Shown here piece after piece: positions 56,894-64,000 of a stretch of 64,000 nt of DNA (position 1 is the stretch's first letter; every line of letters starts with the position of its first letter). The notes beneath the pieces were generated by a model. The model was not told where the DNA came from. It searched no databases and saw only the letters and a list, made by a program, of their open reading frames with translations. This stretch comes from Betaproteobacteria bacterium (GTDB lineage Bacteria > Pseudomonadota > Gammaproteobacteria > Burkholderiales > SG8-41): contig JAQBGW010000096.1 in NCBI GenBank assembly GCA_032128415.1, forward strand, positions 2,592 through 66,591, in the 5' to 3' direction. A program made the translations under genes and the position numbers.

Positions 56894-59001
56894 ATGCCGG
56901 TTTTTTGCGAGAGCAAATCCAGCAGATGCTCCTGCGCACCAATAGGCTTGGCGCGACCGGGAGCCCGGCAGGCATAGTGGCCGTCTTCACCCATGATCCA
57001 GGCTCGTGTGTTGTCATCCAGATACGGATGCAGTCCTTCGGCAATCACCCGGCGCTTGAGCGCGGCATCAAGTATTGGAAAGCAGACTTCCACACGACCG
57101 AAAAAATTGCGCCCCATCCAATCCGCACTGGACAAATAAACACTCTCTGCACTGTCGTTATAAAAATAAAAAATGCGGGTATGTTCGAGAAAACGCCCGA
57201 TGACCGAGCGCACCTGGATATTTTCTGACATACCGGGCACGCCCGGACGCAGCGCGCACACGCCGCGCACAATCAAATCGATCTGCACCCCGGCCTGCGA
57301 CGCCCGATACAGCGCGCCGATGACTTCTGGTTCGAGCAAAGCGTTCATCTTGGCGATGATCTGCCCTTTGCGTCCGGCGCGGGCATGTGTTGTCTCCTGC
57401 TCGATCGCCCGCAGCATTTCCTTGTGCAACGAGAACGGCGATTGCAGCAGGTGGCGCAGCCGTGTTGCGCGACCGAGTCCGGTCAACTGCATGAACACCT
57501 CGGACACGTCGTTGCCGATTTCCTCGTTGCAGGTAAACAAGCCGAAATCCGTGTAGAGGCGTGCCGTACGCGGATGATAGTTACCGGTAGACAGATGCAC
57601 GTAGCGCCGCAGACCCTCGCCCTCGCGCCGCACCACCAGCAGCATCTTGGCATGGGTCTTGTGGCCGACCACGCCGTACACCACATGCGCGCCGATATCT
57701 TCCAGCCGCTGCGCCCAGTTAATATTGGCTTCCTCATCAAAACGCGCCATCAGTTCGAGCACTACGGTCACTTCCTTGCCGCTGCGCGCGGCACTGATCA
57801 GCACTTCCATCAATTCGGATTCAGCTCCGGTGCGGTATACCGTCATCTTGATTGCCGCCACCGCCGGATCGCGCGCCGCCTGCTGCAGAAACGCGATTAC
57901 GGGCTGGAACGACTGATAGGGGTGATGCAGCAAAACGTCGCCGGTGCGCACCACGCCGAACAAGTCATCGAGCGACTGCATTCCGGGCAGCAGGCCCGGT
58001 CTGAATTGTGGAAACTTCAAATCCGGCCGGTCCACCCAGTCCGGAACGCTGATCACGCGCGCGAAGTTCACCTGGCCATCGACACGATACAGATCCGTCT
58101 CGTCGAGCTTGAATTGCATCAGCAGGAAGCTTGAAATATGCTGCGTACAACTATTGTCCAATTCCAGACGCACCTCATCGCCGAAATGGCGGTGCGGCAG
58201 CTCACCGCGCAGCGCGGTGCGCAGATCCTTGACTTCTTCCTCGTCCACGAACAGGTCGCTGTTGCGGGTCAGGCGAAACTGGTAGCAGCCCAGCACTTTC
58301 ATGCCGCTGAACAACTCACCGACGTGCTCGTGCAGGATGGAGGACAAAAACACGAAGTCATACTCAACGCCCGCCACATCCTGCGGCAGACGAACCACCC
58401 GCGGCAGCACCCGCGGTGCCTGAACGATGGCGATGCCCGAATTGCGACCGAAGGCGTCCTTGCCCTCCAGTTCAACGGCAAAATTCAGACTTTTGTTGAG
58501 AACCCGCGGAAACGGGTGTACCGGATCAAGCCCGATGGGCGTCAACACCGGCATCACTTCCCGCATGAAATAGCTCTTGACCCAATCGGCTTGCAGCGGA
58601 GTGAATTCACTGCGCCGCAGAAAGCGGATGCCCTCCTGCTTCAGTCCGGGCAGAATTTCCTCATTCAGCAACTGGTACTGGCGGGCGACTAGTTCGCGGG
58701 CTTCCTGAGCCACCTGCCCGTAAACCTGATCGGGGCGCAACTGATCGGGATTGATCGACGAGGATCCGGCTTCAATCTCGGCATGAAGAGCGGCAACGCG
58801 AATCTCAAAAAATTCGTCCAGGTTGCTGCTGACGATGCACAGGAAGCGCAAGCGCTCCAGCAACGGATGGGTGCGATTCTCGGCCTGCGCCAGCACGCGG
58901 CGGTTGAACGACAGCAGACCGAGCTCGCGGTTGAGATAGAACTCCGGCGTAAAACCCGTCTTGCCGGGCTTGCGCCGGGGTTTGCGGGCGACTGCGTTCA
59001 T
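56890..59001 (-). CDS. ppk: polyphosphate kinase 1
   Basis: 703 aa with FYLNRELGLLSFNRRVL, the autophosphorylated His context HKTHAKMLLV and tandem PLD-like C-domains. Confidence 0.96.
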   Translation of the reverse strand: MNAVARKPRRKPGKTGFTPEFYLNRELGLLSFNRRVLAQAENRTHPLLERLRFLCIVSSNLDEFFEIRVAALHAEIEAGSSSINPDQLRPDQVYGQVAQEARELVARQYQLLNEEILPGLKQEGIRFLRRSEFTPLQADWVKSYFMREVMPVLTPIGLDPVHPFPRVLNKSLNFAVELEGKDAFGRNSGIAIVQAPRVLPRVVRLPQDVAGVEYDFVFLSSILHEHVGELFSGMKVLGCYQFRLTRNSDLFVDEEEVKDLRTALRGELPHRHFGDEVRLELDNSCTQHISSFLLMQFKLDETDLYRVDGQVNFARVISVPDWVDRPDLKFPQFRPGLLPGMQSLDDLFGVVRTGDVLLHHPYQSFQPVIAFLQQAARDPAVAAIKMTVYRTGAESELMEVLISAARSGKEVTVVLELMARFDEEANINWAQRLEDIGAHVVYGVVGHKTHAKMLLVVRREGEGLRRYVHLSTGNYHPRTARLYTDFGLFTCNEEIGNDVSEVFMQLTGLGRATRLRHLLQSPFSLHKEMLRAIEQETTHARAGRKGQIIAKMNALLEPEVIGALYRASQAGVQIDLIVRGVCALRPGVPGMSENIQVRSVIGRFLEHTRIFYFYNDSAESVYLSSADWMGRNFFGRVEVCFPILDAALKRRVIAEGLHPYLDDNTRAWIMGEDGHYACRAPGRAKPIGAQEHLLDLLSQKTGI

Positions 59002-59037
59002 TGTGCAGAGGGCAGGACTGCGCCCCGCTCCTTGAAA

Positions 59038-59313
59038 TCAGGTTTTTGAAGGGGGCACGTAACCGGCTGCGGCATCGGCGCCACTGCCGAAAAAATGCTT
59101 TTCCATCTGTTGTGAGAGGTAGTCACGGGCTTTCTTGTCCGCCAGATTGAGCCGGTTTTCGTTGACCAGCATTTTTTGCTGTTCCAGCCATTGTTTCCAG
59201 GCCTCTTTCGACACACTCTCGAACACCCGCTTGCCCAGTTCCCCGGGATACGGAGGAAAATCGAGCCCCTCGGCTTCGCGCTTCAGTTTTACACACAAGA
59301 CCTGTCGCGCCAT
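59038..59313 (-). CDS. yggX: Fe(2+)-trafficking protein YggX
   Basis: 91 aa from the ATG at 59313, with a GGAGA SD. It has [31 protein letters not shown] and [11 protein letters not shown]. Confidence 0.9.
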   Translation of the reverse strand: MARQVLCVKLKREAEGLDFPPYPGELGKRVFESVSKEAWKQWLEQQKMLVNENRLNLADKKARDYLSQQMEKHFFGSGADAAAGYVPPSKT

Positions 59314-59379
59314 GTTGATTCTCCACAATAAAACATCAGATTAAGGAATTGTTACAGCCGGCGGGTTACGAACGCCACT

Positions 59380-60735
59380 TCATAACTTCTTGATCAGCAC
59401 TACAGAGCGTCGCTGGTAGTTGTACAGCTGCTTCTTTTTCTGCGGCAGCGCCGTCACATCGGTCTCGACAAAACCCCGCTCGACAAACCAGTGTTCGGCG
59501 CGCGTGGTCAGCACAAACAAGTTCTTCAACCGCAGACCGCGCGCGCGTTTCTCGATCGCCGCCAGCAGCCTCTCACCGGCGCCACGTCCACGAAAATCGG
59601 GATGAACGGCAAGGCCGGCGAGTTCACCGGATCGCTCATCCGAAAACGGATACAACGCCGCGCAGCCGATGATCATCCGGTCGTGCTCAAGTATCCAGAA
59701 ACGGTCAATTTCCATTTCCAGCAAATCGCGGTTACGCTTGACGAGTATGCCTTCCGCCTCCAGCGGTTCGAGCAACCGCAGCACGCCGCCGATATCTTCG
59801 ATCTTCGCATGGCGCAGCGTTTCCAGGGGATCAGGCGTCACCAGCGTGCCCACACCCTTGTGGGTAAACAGTTCCAGCAGCAGGCTGTCGTCGAGGTGGC
59901 CCGAAATCAGATGCGCGCGTCCGACACCCTGCTCACAGGCGCGCACCGCTGCAGGTAAGTAGTTTTGCATCTCCTCGGACCCGACGCGGCCACGCGTCAA
60001 CAGATTGCGGGCCTCACGCACAGTAAGCTCGCGCATCAGCTCCCCGCGCCGTCCGGTGACACCCACCGACTCCGCAAGGAAAATCAGCTTGTCTGCCTTC
60101 AGCGCAACAGCCGTCGCCGCAGCGACATCGCCCAGCGCCAGGTTGAATACCTCGCCAGTCGGCGAATAACCCAGCGGCGACAGCACCACCAGTTCATCAT
60201 CTTTCAGTCGTCGCTCGATCGCGACCGCGTCGATCTTGCGCACTTCACCGGTATGCATCAGATCAACGCCATCAACCACCCCGATCGGTCGTGCGGTTAC
60301 GAAGTTGCCGCTAGAGACACGAATATGGGAACCGGCCATCGGCGAATTGGGCAGTCCCATCGACAGCAGCGCCTCGATCTGTACCCGTAGTTTGCCGGCC
60401 ACTTCCATCGCCGCCTCCAGTGCGGCGCCGTCGGTGATGCGCAAGTGCCCGGCGAACCGGCCGCGAACCTTCTGCCCCTTCAGCTTCAACTCGATCTGCG
60501 GGCGCGAGCCATGCACCAGCACGAGCTTTACGCCCAGCGCTGCCAGCAAATTCAAGTCATGGGTCAGGTAAAAAAACCGCCCGTCGGCAACCACCTCGCC
60601 GCCGAATGCGATGACAAACACCTTGCCGCGAAACGCGTGGATGTACGGCGCGACCGACTGAAACCAGTCGATAAACCGATCCTGTGCCGACAACCGATGG
60701 CGCGCTGCAGCGCGCGTCTTGGGCGCATCCTGCAC
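59380..60735 (-). CDS. argA: amino-acid N-acetyltransferase (N-acetylglutamate synthase)
   Basis: 451 aa with an N-terminal amino-acid-kinase fold (FVIAFGGEVV) and a C-terminal GNAT domain (HPDFRGRGAGERLL). Confidence 0.92.
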   Translation of the reverse strand: MQDAPKTRAAARHRLSAQDRFIDWFQSVAPYIHAFRGKVFVIAFGGEVVADGRFFYLTHDLNLLAALGVKLVLVHGSRPQIELKLKGQKVRGRFAGHLRITDGAALEAAMEVAGKLRVQIEALLSMGLPNSPMAGSHIRVSSGNFVTARPIGVVDGVDLMHTGEVRKIDAVAIERRLKDDELVVLSPLGYSPTGEVFNLALGDVAAATAVALKADKLIFLAESVGVTGRRGELMRELTVREARNLLTRGRVGSEEMQNYLPAAVRACEQGVGRAHLISGHLDDSLLLELFTHKGVGTLVTPDPLETLRHAKIEDIGGVLRLLEPLEAEGILVKRNRDLLEMEIDRFWILEHDRMIIGCAALYPFSDERSGELAGLAVHPDFRGRGAGERLLAAIEKRARGLRLKNLFVLTTRAEHWFVERGFVETDVTALPQKKKQLYNYQRRSVVLIKKL

Positions 60736-60852
60736 AGCAACAGACTTGTCATTTTCGGTAGAAATGGCGAACCCCTAGGTCAATATTGTGCATTCGATGG
60801 TATGCGAGAACTCGGGGCAGGAAAAGCCGCCCGCCAGAGCCTGTTAAAAATT

Positions 60853-61581
60853 CTAGAAATCGCCCCACAAAGTCTGCATCGCGGCGAGCGCGGCCAGTGC
60901 CGCAGTTTCGGTGCGCAGCACGCGCGGCCCCAGTCGCAATGACGCGAATCCGGCACGCCCGGCATCCCCCGCTTCCGCTGCGGTCAATCCGCCTTCCGGG
61001 CCAGCAAGCAGGGTGACCTTCCCCAATGGCGGCCCGATCTCCTGCAACCGGGCAGCACCTCCCGGTGCGAGCAGGATGCGCAGGCTCGGCTCGGCAGCGG
61101 TCTGCTCCAGCCACGCTGCGAAAGGCAGCAGGGGAGACACCGGCGGCAGGAAATTGCGCCCGCACTGTTCGCAGGCCGCCGCTACTACCGCCTGCCAGTG
61201 TGTCACCCGTTTCATGGCACGTTCACCCGACAGACGCACGACGCAGCGTTCAGACAGTACCGGCTGCACTGCGGCAACACCCAGCTCCACGGCTTTTTGA
61301 ATCGTATAGTCCATGCGTTCTCCGCTGGAGACTGCCTGCACCAGCGTAACCTGCAGCGGCGATTCGCGATCCTCGCTGCGCGATGCGCTGATACGCACAC
61401 GAACCGTGCCCCGCGCGCACTGCGCGATCACCGCGTCGTAGATCACGCCCCCACCGTCAAACAGGGTGATGGCATCACCTTCGACCATCCTCAGCACATG
61501 CGCCACATGGTGCGCTTGGGCAGGGGTCAGATCGCAGTCGCCGTGATCCGGGACAATCCCTGAAAAGTATATTCTAGTCAA
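60853..61581 (-). CDS. rsmE: 16S rRNA (uracil1498-N3)-methyltransferase
   Basis: 242 aa with HHVAHVLRM, the C-terminal SPOUT knot LAGPEGGLTAAE and LGPRVLRTETAA. Confidence 0.9.
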   Translation of the reverse strand: MTRIYFSGIVPDHGDCDLTPAQAHHVAHVLRMVEGDAITLFDGGGVIYDAVIAQCARGTVRVRISASRSEDRESPLQVTLVQAVSSGERMDYTIQKAVELGVAAVQPVLSERCVVRLSGERAMKRVTHWQAVVAAACEQCGRNFLPPVSPLLPFAAWLEQTAAEPSLRILLAPGGAARLQEIGPPLGKVTLLAGPEGGLTAAEAGDAGRAGFASLRLGPRVLRTETAALAALAAMQTLWGDF

Positions 61582-61746
61582 TGAGTTAGCTCACTTTAAC
61601 CGAGCATGAATTATGCCACAGGACTGTCTCTGCCGCAGGGCGCTGGACAACCACCACTGGCTGAATGCGGTGCAGCATCGTTGTACAATTACGCCTTTTC
61701 GGGCATGGTCGGCGTCATTGCGGTCGCCTCGAAATGGAGAATCCGT

Positions 61747-63159
61747 TTGCGTATTGTCATCCTCGGTGCTGGTCAGGTCGGCAGTTCCGTAGCCGAAAAC
61801 CTGGTTTCTGAAGCTAACGATATCACCGTGGTCGATCTTGATGCCGGCCGGCTGCGCAAGCTGCAGGATCGGCTGGATTTGCGCACCGTCACCGGCAATG
61901 CCGGGCATCCTGAGGTATTGGAGCGCGCCGGCGCCCACGATGCCGACATGATCATCGCGGTCACCCAGAGCGATGAAACCAATCTCGTCGCCTGCAAACT
62001 GGCCGCGACCATGTTCAACATCCCGACCAAAATCGCACGCATCCGCGCCGCGGATTACCTGTCGCATCCGGAAATGTTTTCAACGGAATATTTTTCGGTG
62101 GACAAGGTGATCTGTCCCGAACAGGTACTCACCGACTACATTGCCAAGCTGATCGAATTCCCGGAATCGCTGCAGGTGCTGGAATTCGCCGATGGACGCG
62201 TCAGCCTGGTCGCCGTGCGTGCCTTTCACGGCGGGCCACTGGTGGGCAAGGAACTGCAGACCATACGCAAGCACATTCCCAACGTCGATACGCGGGTGGC
62301 GGCGATATTCCGGCAGGACAGCCCGATTATTCCAATGGGGGATACTGTGATTCAGGCGGGCGATGAAGTGTTCTTCATTGCCGCCAAGGAAAATATCCGC
62401 GGTGTCATGCGTGAATTGCGCCGGCTCGACAAGCCGGTCAAGAGGGTCATGATCGGGGGCGGCGGCAATATCGGCCGGCGACTCGCCAAGGCCATTGAAG
62501 ATCAATACGACGTCAAAATCATCGAATACACCAAGCTCGGCGCGGAAAAACTTGCGGCAGAACTGCGAACAACACTGGTGCTGGTGGGCGACGTCACCGA
62601 TGAGGAATTGTTGAAATCCGAGAACATCAGTGACATGGACGTCTATTGCGCGCTGACCAACGACGACGAAAACAACATCATGTCATCGTTGCTCGCCAAG
62701 AGCATGGGTGTGCGACGGGTGGTGGCGCTGATTAACCGTGGCTCATATGTCAATCTGGTGCAGGCGGGTCAGATCGATATCGCCATTTCCCCGGCGCAGG
62801 CCACGATCGGCACACTGCTCGCTCACGTGCGGCATGGTGACTGTGTCGCCGTACACAGCCTGCGGCGCGGCGCGGCGGAAGCGCTGGAACTGGTCGCCCA
62901 TGGCGACGCAAAATCATCAAAAGTCGTCGGGCGGCGTATTGAAGAGATCGACCTGCCCAAAGGCGTGACCATAGGCGCCATCGTACGTGCCCGCAAAACC
63001 GCCTCTGCCGGTGACAAGACAGCGGTCGAGCAGCAGGTACTGATCGCACATCATGACACCCTGGTCGAGACTGACGATCATGTGATCGTATTCGCCATCA
63101 ACAAAAGCCTCGTGCCGAAGATCGAGAAGCTGTTCCAGGTCAGTGTCGGCTTCCTGTGA
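61747..63159 (+). CDS. trkA: Trk potassium uptake system NAD-binding protein TrkA
   Basis: 470 aa from the TTG at 61747, with a GGAG SD 7 nt upstream. (M)RIVILGAGQVGSSVAENL parallels E. coli MKIIILGAGQVGGTLAENL. It has two RCK/NAD domains. Confidence 0.9.
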   Translation: MRIVILGAGQVGSSVAENLVSEANDITVVDLDAGRLRKLQDRLDLRTVTGNAGHPEVLERAGAHDADMIIAVTQSDETNLVACKLAATMFNIPTKIARIRAADYLSHPEMFSTEYFSVDKVICPEQVLTDYIAKLIEFPESLQVLEFADGRVSLVAVRAFHGGPLVGKELQTIRKHIPNVDTRVAAIFRQDSPIIPMGDTVIQAGDEVFFIAAKENIRGVMRELRRLDKPVKRVMIGGGGNIGRRLAKAIEDQYDVKIIEYTKLGAEKLAAELRTTLVLVGDVTDEELLKSENISDMDVYCALTNDDENNIMSSLLAKSMGVRRVVALINRGSYVNLVQAGQIDIAISPAQATIGTLLAHVRHGDCVAVHSLRRGAAEALELVAHGDAKSSKVVGRRIEEIDLPKGVTIGAIVRARKTASAGDKTAVEQQVLIAHHDTLVETDDHVIVFAINKSLVPKIEKLFQVSVGFL

Positions 63160-63241
63160 ATACACATCACTCCGGCACCGAACCGGCGCTAGCGGTGTCA
63201 TCATGGATCGTCGCTCGACTGCCCGTCGCGCCCGATAGCGT

Positions 63242-64000
63242 ATGGCCTGGCTGCTGACCATCGCGCCGGTGGCTGCGCTCATCGCCATGGCGATGAGCCT
63301 GACACATCTGCTACCCATCAGCGTTTCGCTGGCGCTGAACGACGGCACGACTCCGGCATGGCTGCTGTCGATGGCGATCAACTTTGCCGCAGGCGCCATC
63401 ATCTGGCTGGCGACCCACCGCTACAAACGCGAACTGTGCATGCGCGAAGGCATATTGCTGGTAGTCGCAGTATGGGCAGGCGGCGCGCTGTTCGCGGCAT
63501 TGCCGCTGCTGCTGACGATCCCGCAGATTTCCTTCACTGATGCCTACTTCGAGGCCGTGTCCGGACTGACGGCGACCGGCGCAACCGTGTTGTCAGGACT
63601 CGACCACTTGCCGCCGTCAATCAACGTCTGGCGCGCTCTGCTGCAATGGCTGGGGGGTATGGGCGTGATCGTGCTGGTCGTGGCAATCCTGCCGGTGCTG
63701 GGCGTTGGTGGACGGCAGATGTCGAAGTCTGAAATTCCCGGCCCGATGAAAGATGAGCAACTGACCCCGCGCGTCACGCAGACCGCCAAAGGCCTGTGGC
63801 TGATATACGCATTGCTGACTCTGGCCTGTGGCTTCGCTTATCACGCAGCCGGCATGTCGGCGTTGGATGCCATGATCCACAGTTTCACGACCCTGTCACT
63901 GGGCGGATTTTCCTCGCACGACGCCAGCATCGGATTTTTCGACTCGGCTGCAGTTGATTTCGTCGCCATCGGCTTCATGAGCATTGCCGGCATTAATTTT
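63242..64000 (+). CDS. trkH: Trk potassium uptake permease TrkH (3' end outside the window)
   Basis: It is not in the ORF track because it runs off the window. The frame from ATG 63242 gives ...REGILLVVAVWAGGALF...FEAVSGLTATGATVL...LLQWLGGMGVIVLVVAILP...IPGPMKDEQLTPRVTQTAK, closely parallel to E. coli TrkH. Confidence 0.9.
   Translation, partial: MAWLLTIAPVAALIAMAMSLTHLLPISVSLALNDGTTPAWLLSMAINFAAGAIIWLATHRYKRELCMREGILLVVAVWAGGALFAALPLLLTIPQISFTDAYFEAVSGLTATGATVLSGLDHLPPSINVWRALLQWLGGMGVIVLVVAILPVLGVGGRQMSKSEIPGPMKDEQLTPRVTQTAKGLWLIYALLTLACGFAYHAAGMSALDAMIHSFTTLSLGGFSSHDASIGFFDSAAVDFVAIGFMSIAGINF

Noticed and set aside
63203-63238. A mini-ORF, MDRRSTARRAR, ending in a TAG stop, in the trkH frame two codons before the trkH ATG. 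It could be an N-terminal nonsense mutation.
   Set aside because: From ATG 63242 the distance to the conserved REG(I/F)L motif (68 aa) matches E. coli TrkH, so the gene looks complete without these codons.

Overview
This is a 64-kb chromosomal segment with high G+C (hand-counted 60-nt samples in ordinary genes gave about 65-73%). Gene content and order look betaproteobacterial; that is an inference from synteny and protein N-termini, since no search was possible. I call about 60 protein genes, nearly all housekeeping:
- gshB (5' truncated by the window edge) and a permease-less regulatory PTS (EIIA-Man type, HPr, EI)
- metX-metW, ampG, xth, pyrE, gatCAB
- mreBCD-mrdA-rodA-rlpA
- PCu(A)C, a TonB-like gene, yidD, an RlmI-like methyltransferase
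- xerC-DUF484-dapF and two LpxL-type acyltransferases
- the methyl-cycle block metK-ahcY-metF
- mgtE, a class-V aminotransferase, a CHASE-PAS-GAF-GGDEF sensor, ttcA, an SDR, a MidA-type methyltransferase
- cca, slt, ilvA, rpiA
- a polyphosphate block (ppx, two-domain ppk2, sixA, CYTH-CHAD, ppk1)
- yggX, argA, rsmE, trkA and trkH (3' truncated)

I saw no rRNA, tRNA, CRISPR, IS or phage genes. Many long ORFs in the supplied track are antisense shadow ORFs or N-terminal over-extensions, and I re-set about 20 starts.

The observations that stand out:
1. A 3.6-kb AT-rich cassette (40946-44576) is bracketed by 52-bp direct repeats. The repeats are two diverged copies of the 3' end of a GST gene. All 3 mismatches are synonymous third-codon positions. 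This looks like an integrase-less integration scar that split an ancestral GST-dioxygenase gene pair.
2. The cassette carries an Mla/MCE-like transporter whose ATPase is a 160-aa half-domain with every catalytic motif degenerate.
3. Two SAH riboswitch aptamers sit in tandem between metK and ahcY. They differ by compensatory base-pair changes and have different expression platforms.
4. The metX leader has a promoter, a pseudoknot-capable hairpin and an intrinsic terminator that abuts the start codon.
5. A family of palindromic elements built from GTGCA(A/G)(A/T) heptads occurs three times in intergenic spacers.
6. A YdaS/Cro-like HTH module lies in frame, with no stop codon, upstream of the aminotransferase.
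7. A TfoX_N gene appears frameshifted.
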